A DNA stretch of 63,436 nucleotides, the filler included, from Octopus bimaculoides (taxonomy: Eukaryota), in the NCBI RefSeq assembly GCF_001194135.2. It is 7 parts of 6 records of this genome, joined end to end, with 100 filler letters (N's around TTAATTAATTAA, not from the genome) between each part and the next. Parts side by side here need not be neighbours in the genome. Positions count along the whole stretch, not along the records: positions 7,876 to 17,328 come from NC_068986.1; positions 17,429 to 24,258 come from NW_026338143.1; 5 more parts are not named here. One strand, given 5' to 3'. The translations under genes were made by a program, and so were the position numbers. Within the stretch, counting starts at the first letter, position 1, and each line of letters begins with the position of its first letter. Shown here piece by piece: positions 11,675 through 23,988 of this stretch. The notes below the pieces were generated by a model, which saw only the letters and a list, made by a program, of their open reading frames with translations, had not been told where the DNA came from and did not search any database.

Positions 11675-13899
11675 TATATTATATTATATTATATCTATGT
11701 TTTGTTCAATTAATAGAGACTGGTCACATTAAATGTTATTGGCATCGAAATTGTAGCTATGCAGTACTAGAATATATAGGCAGATGGTGTAAGAAGAAGG
11801 ACATGAAAATCAAATAAGGAATTAAGATTGTATTAACGGAGGTATGTGAGTTGGAAATGTTTAACTTACATATTTTATGTGTTATTTTAACACTTAGAAA
11901 TATATACTTAAAGCAAGCCATTGGAAACATTTGAAAATAGCTACGTTGGATATTAAGTGAAATAAAATGAATTACGAACGTTGCCGTTCTAAATTTAAAG
12001 TAAAGTTATTTGGCAAATGTTTATAAAGATATTCTGTTGTATTTTAAAAATGAAATAATTTTATTTGTTACGTATGTATTAACAAGAAAATATTCAATTC
12101 GCTGCATTATTAAATTGGAAAATGTACGTTTGAAAAAAAATGAATTCTCTCCAGTGTGTTGTTTAAGAGAAATATTTTATTCAAATTAAATTAAATAAAC
12201 AGTGGAATGTATGAAGGTATTATGAATTAATGGGATTTAAAGATAATATTTTTTCAAGATCAAAAATGTCAAATTTAGTAGAAATATAATGTCTTCGAGA
12301 ATGAACTTCAGAATAAGATTAAAACGTTAAAAGCAATAAACAAATCATTTACTAATTCTGATAAAACAAAATGTATATGAGATTAACAAGTGAACTTAAC
12401 ACTGACTTCTTTTCCAAAATATAACAAATGCATAAAATATAACAAATACATTCATCCTTACACATGGCGGCACGCGCGTGAGCAAACACACACACACACA
12501 CACACACGTTCATGCTACAGAAATTGTTCGGTACTGTTGCAGAACTAGATATCGCTTGTAAAGTTCTTATACTAGTAACATCAATATCTATAAAACAGAA
12601 GATGTTTGTGTGTGTGTACGTGATGTGGGTTATGCACGTCCACAAATTAGCACGCATGTCGCTCCAATTTTAGGAGGACATTGTTCATGACCCTATCTGT
12701 GTTTTTGTCAACTTTTTCTCACAGAGACACCCGCGTATAGCTGTAAAAATCGATAAACTTTTACCAATTTTGAAGTTTGTTGACATGGCGAAGTCAAATC
12801 TGTGCGTACGCGCGTGAAGGAGAGAGAGAGCAAGAGAGAGAGAAAGAAAGAGAGGGAGAAAGAAAGAAAGAGAGAGAGAAAGAAAAAAGAGAGAAAGAAA
12901 GAAATAGTGTGTTTGTGACAAGGGGAGAAACAGAGTGTTTGCCANNNNNNNNNNNNNNNNNNNNNNNNNNNNNNNNNNNNNNNNNNNNNNNNNNNNNNNN
13001 NNNNNNNNNNNNNNNNNNNNNNNNNNNNNNNNNNNNNNNNNNNNNNNNNNNNNNNNNNNNNNNNNNNNNNNNNNNNNNNNNNNNNNNNNNNNNNNNNNNN
13101 NNNNNNNNNNNNNNNNNNNNNNNNNNNNNNNNNNNNNNNNNNNNNNNNNNNNNNNNNNNNNNNNNNNNNNNNNNNNNNNNNNNNNNNNNNNNNNNNNNNN
13201 NNNNNNNNNNNNNNNNNNNNNNNNNNNNNNNNNNNNNNNNNNNNNNNNNNNNNNNNNNNNNNNNNNNNNNNNNNNNNNNNNNNNNNNNNNNNNNNNNNNN
13301 NNNNNNNNNNNNNNNNNNNNNNNNNNNNNNNNNNNNNNNNNNNNNNNNNNNNNNNNNNNNNNNNNNNNNNNNNNNNNNNNNNNNNNNNNNNNNNNNNNNN
13401 NNNNNNNNNNNNNNNNNNNNNNNNNNNNNNNNNNNNNNNNNNNNNNNNNNNNNNNNNNNNNNNNNNNNNNNNNNNNNNNNNNNNNNNNNNNNNNNNNNNN
13501 NNNNNNNNNNNNNNNNNNNNNNNNNNNNNNNNNNNNNNNNNNNNNNNNNNNNNNNNNNNNNNNNNNNNNNNNNNNNNNNNNNNNNNNNNNNNNNNNNNNN
13601 NNNNNNNNNNNNNNNNNNNNNNNNNNNNNNNNNNNNNNNNNNNNNNNNNNNNNNNNNNNNNNNNNNNNNNNNNNNNNNNNNNNNNNNNNNNNNNNNNNNN
13701 NNNNNNNNNNNNNNNNNNNNNNNNNNNNNNNNNNNNNNNNNNNNNNNNNNNNNNNNNGGGTCAGGCTCCTTATTTTTTGGTTAAGGTTGTTGGTAAGCTT
13801 TCCTAAGTTACTCCAATCCAGATCTCCAATGCAAACCTTCAGATCAACCTTCTCCTATGCAGATCTCTAATGCAACATTTTAAAAAAGAGTCAATAAGT

Positions 13900-14092
13900 G
13901 AAAATAACCAATAAACTGATTCCTTATGGGATTTCCCAATCAAATTGCCAGCAAACCATTTTCAGCCAAACCAATTTCAACGGATTTCGCTCAAATCTGA
14001 TGTCGATGTTACTTATTTTGGTTTGAAATAAAGGACTTAATCATTTAATAATCCTAGCTTAATCCCGAGCAGCGCCGGGTTATACTGCTAGT
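13900..14092 (+). mobile_element. Helitron-like 3' terminus
   Basis: Hairpin CCCGAGCAGCGCCGGG (14064-14079), 8-nt spacer, then CTAG (14088-14091) followed by T. The 5' extent is a guess. Confidence 0.6.
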
Positions 14093-14199
14093 AAAAGCTA
14101 TATTCCACATTTAAGGCCCATACGAAAATTACTAACCATTTTTTAACAAGACTCCGCATTGCGAAACGGATTTCGGAATCATTACTAAAATTATATCAG

Positions 14200-14990
14200 A
14201 ATCTTAACAATGGCTGTATCACAATTTATTCTTAATATGTCCCTGCAGCTTCAAAAGTGTATGTGCTAAGCACAAGTCGGAACACTGTAGCTATGTCTCT
14301 TTCGTCAAAGCTACTCTCAGATCAATGAACTAAACAAGAACCGTTGTGGAATTCAACGAACAGATTATTTTCGGATGCGTGCTGATGTCTGCCAAACCGA
14401 TTATAAATCGTAACATGCACAAAGAACAGTAACAATCTCAACAATGTCATACGTGCTCAGTCTAAACACGATTTCTAATGTGAATATACCGATGACTTCT
14501 AAGAACAACTCCTTTCAGGTTATATGGTCATTGACCACGGCATTTGTTACATTCCATAAAGGATGTTCAAAATCAATGAAATCAACAATTTGCTTTTAGT
14601 TATGTTTTGGATTTTACGAAATCATGATTCTTGGGGAAGGTGCTTCTCTAACGACTTCGTATCCTCAATGATATTGCCAACTGACTGCTTCTGCCTTCCC
14701 TGCCAAAATAATTGTGATATAGTCATTAATACAACAAAGAGTTTTGTTGATTGAAGTAACTCAAATGCATGATCACGTGGTCTGCTTGTTGGTGTTTTTT
14801 TTTTCTGACATTGTTTTTAGTGGTTGTTTTTTTTTTACCAATCACAACTCGTATTTACTTTGGAATAAAATATTCAGATCGAATCCTAGACCAAAGAACT
14901 ATAAATAGGAGGAGAATGTTCCATTTATGGGAGAGCTCATCACTGTTAACTGAATCTATATACCTCAATTTCACAACCTTTCGTGTTCCA
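14200..14990 (-). mobile_element. possible highly degraded Penelope-like ORF remnant
   Basis: Scattered minus-strand peptides LRYIDSV, PYNLKGVVLRS and C*DCYCSLC resemble Penelope RT/linker motifs, but there are many stops; weak. Confidence 0.25.
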
Positions 14991-15015
14991 TTCTATTTTT
15001 GTAATTTGTTTCACG

Positions 15016-15064
<49 letters not shown>

Positions 15065-15782
15065 TCGTTAATGTAAAATAAAATTTACTTTTATTGCATC
15101 GATGCAGACTTGATATTTAAACAGTAATCTTTTTAAACTCTATCCATTAATACATATCCTACTTTTCTCAAACGGTCTTAGAACTGAATACGTACATTGC
15201 ATTTGTGACTAATGTTTCTCAAGTATTTTGGAGTTTACAAAACCAAAATTCGTTTAAAACCTTTCTCCCACACATTACATATATTAGCAACCGTACGATA
15301 CACTACGACATTCAATACTTGCTGTGTTTGATACCCGAACCTCCTGTACATAACATCCTACAAGTATTTTGTGTGAAAGCTATAGCAATTTATTGTATAA
15401 ATTAGTATCGGTTTAACAAACAATGCTTCCGTCTTCTATTAATTTTCGTCGATAGTAAATTCTCCTAATATTAACTTTATTGTAGCATAAACAATAATAT
15501 CTTTTAAAATAGTTTTCTATTTTTTTATATATTTAAAGCAAGGTTTCTCAATTTTTTTTTCTTATTCCACTTCTTTTCTTTTACTTAATTTTATGATCCC
15601 CGTTCCTTTTGTTACGATTCATCACCCCCTTTTCATTTTCAATATACATCCACGTAATATCAGGCCAGAGTAATTTAGTTCTGGTTACTACTTTGATGCA
15701 AATGACTACCCAACTATAAGTGAATGTTACACTCAGACAAAGCATATACCTGGCTTTTGGCTATGTCTTCTCATTTTCCATT

Positions 15783-16157
15783 ATTCTTTTCAGTTCTAGG
15801 CACTGGTACTTAATTTATCGACTCCGAAAGAATGAAAGGCAAAGTTGACCTCGGTGGAATTTGAACCCCAGAATGTAAAGACAGACGAAATACCGCTAAG
15901 CATTTAGCCTGGCGTGCTGACGTTTCTTATTTCTTTATTTCCCACAAGGGGCTAGACATAGAGGGAAAAAACAAGGACGGACAAAGGGATTAAGTCGATT
16001 ACATCGACCCCAATGCGTAACTGGTACTTAACGTATCGACCCTGAAAGGATGAAAGAGAAAGTCGACCTCGGTGGAATTTAAACTCAGAACGTAACGGCA
16101 GACGAATCACCGTTAAGCATTTCGCCCGGCGCACTAACGTTTCTGCCAGCTCGCTGA
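15783..16157 (-). mobile_element. dimeric SINE (family B), inverted relative to 10208-10645
   Basis: Reverse complement aligns over both units, including the junction GAAATAAGAAACGT(C/T)AGCACGCC; has a deletion near the 3' end. Confidence 0.9.
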
Positions 16158-16275
16158 CTTCTCATTTCCCATTATTATTGAAGTTGTTGTTCTACGTGTG
16201 TTGTCGTTGTTGTGTTTTCAGTAGAAAAGACGTGTACCATAATATTACATTTAACTTTTGAGGCGGAATTTCGTC

Positions 16276-16325
16276 AAATTCAGCCGAGGTCGACTTTAGC
16301 TTTCATCCTTTCGCGGTCGACAAAA
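16276..16325 (+). mobile_element. SINE family B core fragment
   Basis: AAATTCAGCCGAGGTCGACTTTAGCTTTCATCCTTTCGCGGTCGACAAAAT. Confidence 0.75.
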
Positions 16326-17156
16326 TGCTTATAGCTGTCCATCAATATTGACGACGACGTTGTCCTCTAGCAGTCTTAGCCTACATTTTGTGAATTGATA
16401 GATGTGAAAACAGTCGGATCAATAGAGAAGATTTATAGAAAATATATAATAATTTAAGTATACTAAACTAAAATTTATATCTTTACATATTCAGCTAGTG
16501 TCAATAAAGACTGATACCTTGTATTAGCTAAAGGAATATTGATGTTATAGGACATTCTGATTTTGTACTAATTTTAAAATTTAAAAGTATATTATAGGTT
16601 TTAGAAATTATTATTGTTACTCTATACATGCTATTTATAGTTTCATAGGGATACTTAATTAGAAGGGCTACTTATATAAAGGCCCTTATAAATACTCAGA
16701 TCAGGAGGGTAGTGCACTTTAAGAAAGGGATGAATCAAGTAATTTCTAAAGACCATTTCAAGCAATATTGCAAAATCTCTAACAAGTCTTTCTTCCTGAT
16801 ACCTTAGTAGCTTCTAAGCTGAAGTGAAGATTGCATGTTCTTTGTCTATCTCCTTACCTTCTTGCAGGTTTTAGGTAAAATTATATTAATGTGTCCATCT
16901 GTTTAATTAACTTCTATGTCTCTATGCAACTGAGGATTACATTCTGAATATATCAGGGAAGCAGGTACACATGATCTAGTGATTGAAAACAATGGATCAA
17001 AGGCAAAGAAAATAAGATAAATGGTTCTATAACAGATAAGCTTATTTAACAATATAAAATAATTTAACAATTATGAAAAGTCTTAAAGGATGTATGATAT
17101 AAAGAGATATAACCGTATAAAAATATGGATACGCATATATATACGAACTATATATG

Positions 17157-17158
17157 TA

Positions 17159-17189
<31 letters not shown>

Positions 17190-17204
17190 ATATATATATA
17201 TGTA

Positions 17205-17267
<63 letters not shown>

Positions 17268-17270
17268 ATG

Positions 17271-17301
<31 letters not shown>

Positions 17302-17328
17302 GCATATATATATATGTATATATATATA
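17157..17328. repeat. (ATCT)n / (TA)n compound microsatellite
   Basis: Direct reading. Confidence 0.95.
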
Positions 17329-17428
17329 NNNNNNNNNNNNNNNNNNNNNNNNNNNNNNNNNNNNNNNNNNNNTTAATTAATTAANNNNNNNNNNNNNNNN
17401 NNNNNNNNNNNNNNNNNNNNNNNNNNNN
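17329..17428. other. artificial scaffold-joining spacer
   Basis: 44 N + TTAATTAATTAA (17373-17384) + 44 N. Confidence 0.97.
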
Positions 17429-17742
17429 TATATATATATATACATACATATATATATATACATACATATATATATAACGAACGAAATACATACCGGCAAT
17501 ATACACAGACATAAACACACAACACGAGCACAAGCATTCATACATGACATTTTGTATACATATGTGTGTGTGTGCGTGCGCACTACTTTTAGCTATTTGA
17601 TTTCTTATTTTATTTTGCTCGAGTTGTGTAGATGAATGAGAAAATACGTTTTCAACAACTTATCTCTCCATTCCACCTTTTTAAATGCTTCTAGATCGAT
17701 TTACCTATCCACCTACCTAACCACATTCGTAATCACCAATCA

Positions 17743-17796
<54 letters not shown>

Positions 17797-18128
17797 GGTA
17801 GTAGGGTGAGTGTGTTTCTGTGTGCGTGCGTACACTTACCTATTTGTTTACCAAACGTTCTCCTTACCTAGCAACTTACCTATTTAATTGTTTATTAATC
17901 TGTCTCACTATACAAATACATCCTACCTAGTTTGGGTAAATAAGCAAAATAGCACCCAAGCCCGCTATATGTATAACTAGTTCTGTACCAGCTCGTTTGT
18001 AAACCCATCCATGTCTTGTGTGTCTTTTATATCATGCACTGCCCTATCTAGTGAGTTATACACACACACACACATATATATTTATATACACACACACACA
18101 TATATATATATACATGTATACACACACA

Positions 18129-18335
18129 TACGAAGTGGTGCTGACAAATTCCTGGTTTTAAGGGTATTGCGAAAGGCCAACCTTCCGAATTCTTTTACAG
18201 GGCTTAGAAAAAAATCTTAAGGATCGCTGCAATAAGTGTGTGAATCTGAAAGGGGAATATATTGAATAAAACCATAATTAACTGATCCTCCTGTATTTTC
18301 TTTTAAAGACAGGAACATTCTAGCACTTGGTTTAT
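18129..18335 (+). mobile_element. mariner-derived MITE
   Basis: Starts TACGAAGTGGTGCTGACAAATTCCTGG and ends CAGGAACATTCTAGCAC; retains the transposase C-terminus LKDRCNKCVNLKGEYIE*. Confidence 0.8.
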
Positions 18336-18833
18336 ATGCGTGTGTGTGTTTGTGTGTTAATTCATCGTGAACTATAGAGCATTTTTCGGTGATACAAAAT
18401 ATAAGTTACAATACCTTTTATAAAAATAAGCATAGAATTTTAAAATATGAAAAGTTAAGTGTGCGAAATCATCCCAGGCTTAATCGCTCTATAGAGATAA
18501 AACATTGGATCCATTGACTTGTTCCATGAGAACAAAAAGAATATAAGCCTTCACTCGAAGGAGTGATTATTAGATAATTGCTCTTTTAGTGCAAAATGAA
18601 AAAAAAAAAAAAAAAAAGACAACTGTTTTATTTTCCTATTTCAAAAACTTTTATGGTGAAATGACTCAACAAAAATAATTTACTAAATTATTTTGTGACT
18701 GACAATGTTGTCATGGAGTTTTGAAAACAGTTGCAGAAAAGAGCAAATGAAATTTTTCGACAATCATTGACATCGTCTGTTTTCTGTTCTTCCAAATGCG
18801 GAAACAGGTACACGTGCGCACACACATCCAAAC

Positions 18834-18893
<60 letters not shown>

Positions 18894-18992
18894 ATGTACA
18901 CGCACACATATTTGCATACATATATACACATATATATATTTGCATTTATGTATATACATATTTATTTACCTATTTCTATGTGCATATATATT

Positions 18993-19033
<41 letters not shown>

Positions 19034-19341
19034 GTATATATAGGTATATATATTTGCATATATATATATATGTATACATATGCATATATATTTGTACGTA
19101 TGTATGCATGTATATATCTCATTAGCAGTTTTTCTGTCTCTCTTTCTCTCACTCTCCCTCTATCTATTCATCTATATCCCTACCTATTTATCTATCTGTC
19201 TGTCTACTTATCAATATCGGACATATCCCTTACTTACCCCTTACTCATTGTCCGTTTTTTCGCTTAAACGAGAGAGAAGACGAAAAGTAAAAAAAAAAAG
19301 AAGGAACTCGGGAACTGAGAAATGAAAAAAGAAAAATAAGA

Positions 19342-19386
<45 letters not shown>

Positions 19387-19961
19387 TGTAAAGAGAGTTT
19401 GTGTCAGTAATTTGTTGATTTTGGCCCAAATTCCTTTGGCAAATATTCCATTTCGTTTCCCAATTTGTTAGTCAAAACGCGATTCCGTTAAATTTATGTA
19501 TTTAGTGCCTATCAATGTTCTGTTCTTCAATGTTTGAGCAAACATTATTATTATTACTATGCTTATGATCTATCATATTATTTTACCTATCCCGACATGT
19601 GTTCGCCTGTTACGGATCAAGCAACATTATCTATGGAAGAAAATCGGGACATAATGGAAATTATTTTATAAGTTCGAGGGCTTTACATTAAATAATTTCG
19701 AATATGAAACGCAACTGAGAACATAATTGAAATATTTAACTCAATGTAATAATTTCGAGGGTAATGCTAGAAACAGCTTCAATTATGGAACGAAACAATA
19801 GAAAAAAAAACTTTAATCTTTAATATTTTTAAACTATGTGAGGTAAGATTCATAAATTTATGTACCAAAACAGAAATAGAAACACGTATAGAATGTATTT
19901 CATTGAGTCCCAATAATTTTTATTCAGCACTTGATAATAATAATGATGATGATAATTATAA

Positions 19962-20178
19962 TAATAATAATTTCAAATTTGGCACAAGGCCAGCAAGTTC
20001 GAGAGGAGGGGATAGGTCGATAACATCGACCTCAGTGCTCAACTGGTACTTATTTTCTTTTATCGATCCCGAAGGGGGAAAAGCAAATTCGACCTGGGCG
20101 GAATTTTAACTCAAAACGTAAAAACGGACGAAATGTCGCTTAACATTTTGTCTGGTCTGCTAACGGTTCTGCCAGCTG
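19962..20178 (-). mobile_element. SINE family B monomer
   Basis: Reverse complement of head, B-box, core and the CCTTGTGCCAAATTTGAAAT tail. Confidence 0.8.
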
Positions 20179-20224
20179 TATTATTATTATTATTATTATT
20201 ATTATTAGTGTAGTTTGGCTGTCG

Positions 20225-20340
20225 CTATTTTCTGAGTTTAAATTCCGCCGAGGTCGACTTTGCCTTCATCTTTTGAGATCGATGTCATCGACTAACCCCA
20301 CCCCAAAATTTCAGACCTTGTGCCTATATTAGAAAGGATT
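20225..20340 (+). mobile_element. SINE family B, 5'-truncated and internally deleted
   Basis: TTCTGAGTTTAAATTCCGCCGAGGTCGACTTTGCC..CCTTGTGCCTATATTAGAAAGGAT(TAT)n. Confidence 0.75.
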
Positions 20341-20429
20341 ATTATTATTATTATTATTATCATTATTATCATAACGTTACACTGGTCACTTTGAAAACAG
20401 ATGCATGTAATTCTTAAGATAGATGCTGC

Positions 20430-20780
20430 GTTAAACTGCCACAATATATTCTAAATGATCCTGGTAAATCAAAAAATTCAATGGAATTTTAACATCCAGG
20501 AAGACAGAATAATTGAACAGCGTAGAGTCGACAGCGTAGACCAAATATCACGAGACATGTAATAGCAAAAGAGAATGCCTCATAACAGACATTGTGAATC
20601 GTACAAACACAAAATTTGCAAACAGAAAAATTGAAAAAAATCTGCAAATACGCTAATTTAAATGAAGAGATATCTACAATGTAGTGATGGTTTGTAGTAA
20701 AAGTGAAAGTTGTATCAGTTAACATCAGAGCAGTAAGTTCAATAACAAATTTTAAACATAGATTATTCCACTTGCAACTG
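20430..20780 (+). mobile_element. R4/Dong-type non-LTR retrotransposon relic (restriction-like endonuclease domain), old
   Basis: KIQWNFNIQEDRIIEQRRVD../KRECLITDIV../KICKYANLNEEISTM**WFVVKVKVVSVNIRAV matches the WDF.IQTD..I..RRPD..ID..K..KY..L..E...W.....P..IGA pattern. Confidence 0.75.
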
Positions 20781-20949
20781 TTATTGGTTGAACACCAAGA
20801 CAGGCAATGTGACAGCTCAAAAGAACATCGCGCGTTGAAACGGTATATATTCATAGAAAGGTATATTTTGTTTAAGACCTGACAATTATCAAAAAGAAGG
20901 AAAATGGGCAAAAGCCAGTATTATGATAATAATAATAATAAAAATGCCA

Positions 20950-21410
20950 AGGCTAATCTACCAGAAATAATTATTAAAGACAGGGAAGAAAATACTTGTA
21001 GACATAGATGTAGGTGTTCCCACTGATAAAATATATCTGTAAAGGCATTTGACAAATTAAGTAAATTAAAATAAAAATTATGTGGCATCTTGAAGCAAGA
21101 ACTGTTCCTGTTATGGTAGGTGCCCTAGGTATGATATAAAGGGATATCAGAAACATCTAGACAACATCCCAGAAGACCCATGTCTCAGAGAAATCAAAAA
21201 ATTGTGCTCACAAGTACTGCCCACATCCTTAGAAAAAAACCTATCAATTTAAATGTCTACTTGCTACTGCCACTCACTTTCGCTCCCCAAGCTTTCACTC
21301 ATACAGTAACATCTCTTATTCCTTCACTTGCCCTAAGACGCTGGGTGTGTCTCGGCAAGTGATTGTAACAAACATTCAGATTCAAAGTAAATAATAATAA
21401 TAATAATAAT
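20950..21410 (+). mobile_element. 5'-truncated R4/Dong-type LINE: endonuclease C-terminus, 3' UTR and (TAA)n tail
   Basis: ANLPEIIIKDREENTC/IDVGVPTDKNISVKAFDKLSK/MWHLEARTVPVMVGALGMI*../IVLTSTAHILRK; flanked by (AAT)n at ~20926-20942 and ~21388-21410. Confidence 0.88.
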
Positions 21411-21794
21411 TGCTCAAACAGCGAAGAACTAGATGTTATTAGACATTTAACACAGAATAACTGGAATTTTGTTTTAAGGCCAAATTTGAAAAACGAACGG
21501 AATTGCAAATGTGAAAAGCGAACGTATTTCAAATGCCAGAACAGAATGTTCAAATTTCATTGCGGTCAACTTTTACCATTCATTCTCCTGGGACGTAAAT
21601 AGCAAAGGTGGTTTCAAAAAAAAAGAAGACCAGTCAAATACTAGGGTCGATTTAAACAACTCTACTCCCCCTTCTACCCCTCAATATATATGTGAACTTC
21701 TGACGAAATTTACTTAAATTCACAGAGACATTGCCATTACTATAACTATCATTATTGTTCTCATTTTCATAGTTATTTGTTGTTGTTATTATTA

Positions 21795-21826
<32 letters not shown>

Positions 21827-22487
21827 TTGCTCGTGTTATCATCATCATTTTTATTTATTTTGCTGTTGTAATAACGTACTATTTTTTTTTATATATTTTA
21901 CATCCAAATGTGTGTAGTTGATGTACTCGTATATGTGTACATGCATCTCTGCTTTTATATGTATATGTTTGTTCGTAACAATCTGTGTATACATTATCAC
22001 CATCAACATCATCATATTATTTTGGGCTTTGTTTACCTTTTTTGTTGTTTTATTTTGTTCATTTTGATTTTGATTTCCACTATCTGTCTGTCATATTTTT
22101 CCCTCACTCTCCCTCTCTCTCTCTCTTTTCTGTCGTATATACAGGTATAAATATTCACACACACACACACATACATACACTCCCAAATACACACAAGTAA
22201 AATATAAATAGGATCACTAATACGTACATATATATATGTATCCAAGCATGCATACATACACGCATTTCTGTTAAGGTAGGATCAACAAAAAAAGAAGAAC
22301 TCTAGAGATAAATACCATTTAATGTACACGGTATGTAAAATAAGAGATACTAAAAGCTTTTTTCGAAGAGGCAGTAAGACTAGGCAAATTTATATAACAT
22401 GACAATATATATAATAGTAAAAATTATAACGATAGAGGATATGGAAACTGGTACATCCTCAAAATTTATTTCCCTTTATCTTACAAT

Positions 22488-22659
22488 GTCGCATAGCTTA
22501 TTTTTATGGTTACGAAGACCTACACGTGTTTCTACTGCACAAACTATGGGAAGTTACATATGCAACCGGCGATAGTTTCTATGCAACTTCGTCCAGGGTC
22601 TTTCAACCACATGACTCGAAGCGACAGTGAATGGTAACCGGTGAAGCATGTCAGTACAG

Positions 22660-22704
<45 letters not shown>

Positions 22705-22740
22705 TGTACTAGTATGCTTGACCTGTCACTATTCCCTTTA
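22488..22740. repeat. two adjacent imperfect inverted repeats
   Basis: Palindrome 22488-22625 centred on CATATG; arms 22623-22662 and 22701-22740 (29/40 ungapped matches) flank a (TA)n tract. Confidence 0.7.
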
Positions 22741-22892
22741 GAGTTCAGTAATTGATTCCATATTAAACTTTCATATTCTCCATACTGTGAGTTCAATTAT
22801 CCAATCGAAACATGTGCTAAGCTGCAACGTCCGAACAACATTGCGTAAGAAACACACAATATACACACACGCAGCAGATACATGCACAGAGA

Positions 22893-22925
<33 letters not shown>

Positions 22926-23648
22926 CCTCTGTACACCCCTTGGGATGGATGCTACTGTGGTAATATAACCGAGTTTTTGCATTAGTCTGACAATATTATA
23001 ACCAAATGTTTTTAGAGGCATGAAACCTTTCAATGCACTTTAATATTGGTAAAGAGTACTCTGACTTTACTTGGAAAAGCACGTGAAAGTTATCACATAC
23101 ACACATGTATGTATCTTACGTATTGTGTATCTGTGTGTTCGCATACACACGCATAGATATTAACATTTGTTTTTATGTTTAGTTATAATAAAAATTTTAC
23201 ATTGATCTGAATGGTAACTCCATACTTGCGCAGAGTGCAATTATATTATTCTTTAACAAAAATAGTACTGACAATGGTTGTAATGTGTCAAGTCAATCTT
23301 GGCATTATAATGTCCTTTTTGAGATAGAAGTTTTCTGGATTTACGGAGCTCAATTGAATAGTAATTAGGTTGTAGGACCGGTTATGATGGAATTGTGTTG
23401 TAGTGGATTTATTTATTGATTAACTTTGAGGTTATGCTCCTGTTCCCAATTTTAAATATATGTGTAGAACTTTAAGAGGTGTGTATATTTAGGGGTGTCA
23501 GCTTCAGGTCATGGGACTGTCTTTTAGTGGTTCACATATATCAAGTAGGTTGAAGAAGGTTTTGGTCAGTCGGTCCGTCATTAGCTTTAGTTAATTGGGG
23601 TTTTGTTGGATTCAATGCCTGATGATGTAAAGTTTAATTCAGCATTTA

Positions 23649-23695
<47 letters not shown>

Positions 23696-23988
23696 CATGC
23701 ATAGATAGATAGATAGACACACAAACATATACATGCATAAAAAGCATATATATTACTTCACTCCCTGTATGTGTTTGTAGAAATATATATTAATATTTGC
23801 ATATCTCTACCCATTTTCACAGATATATAGACACACATATATAACCACACACACACATACACATGCAATTACACAGGCATATTGCTGTTTTTTTTTCCTT
23901 TCTTTCATTCTCTCTTTTATTTCTTTTTTTCTCTCTGTATAAATATTTATAGCCATATATTTTTTTCTTTCTCTCTATCACACAACAG

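Noticed and set aside
16857-16950. Splice-like sites (AAG|GTAAGG on minus, TTGCAG on plus)
   Set aside because: Only very short frames are open and there is no other support.
23200-23640. Possible Penelope 5' ORF region on the minus strand
   Set aside because: Only compositional resemblance; no diagnostic motif.
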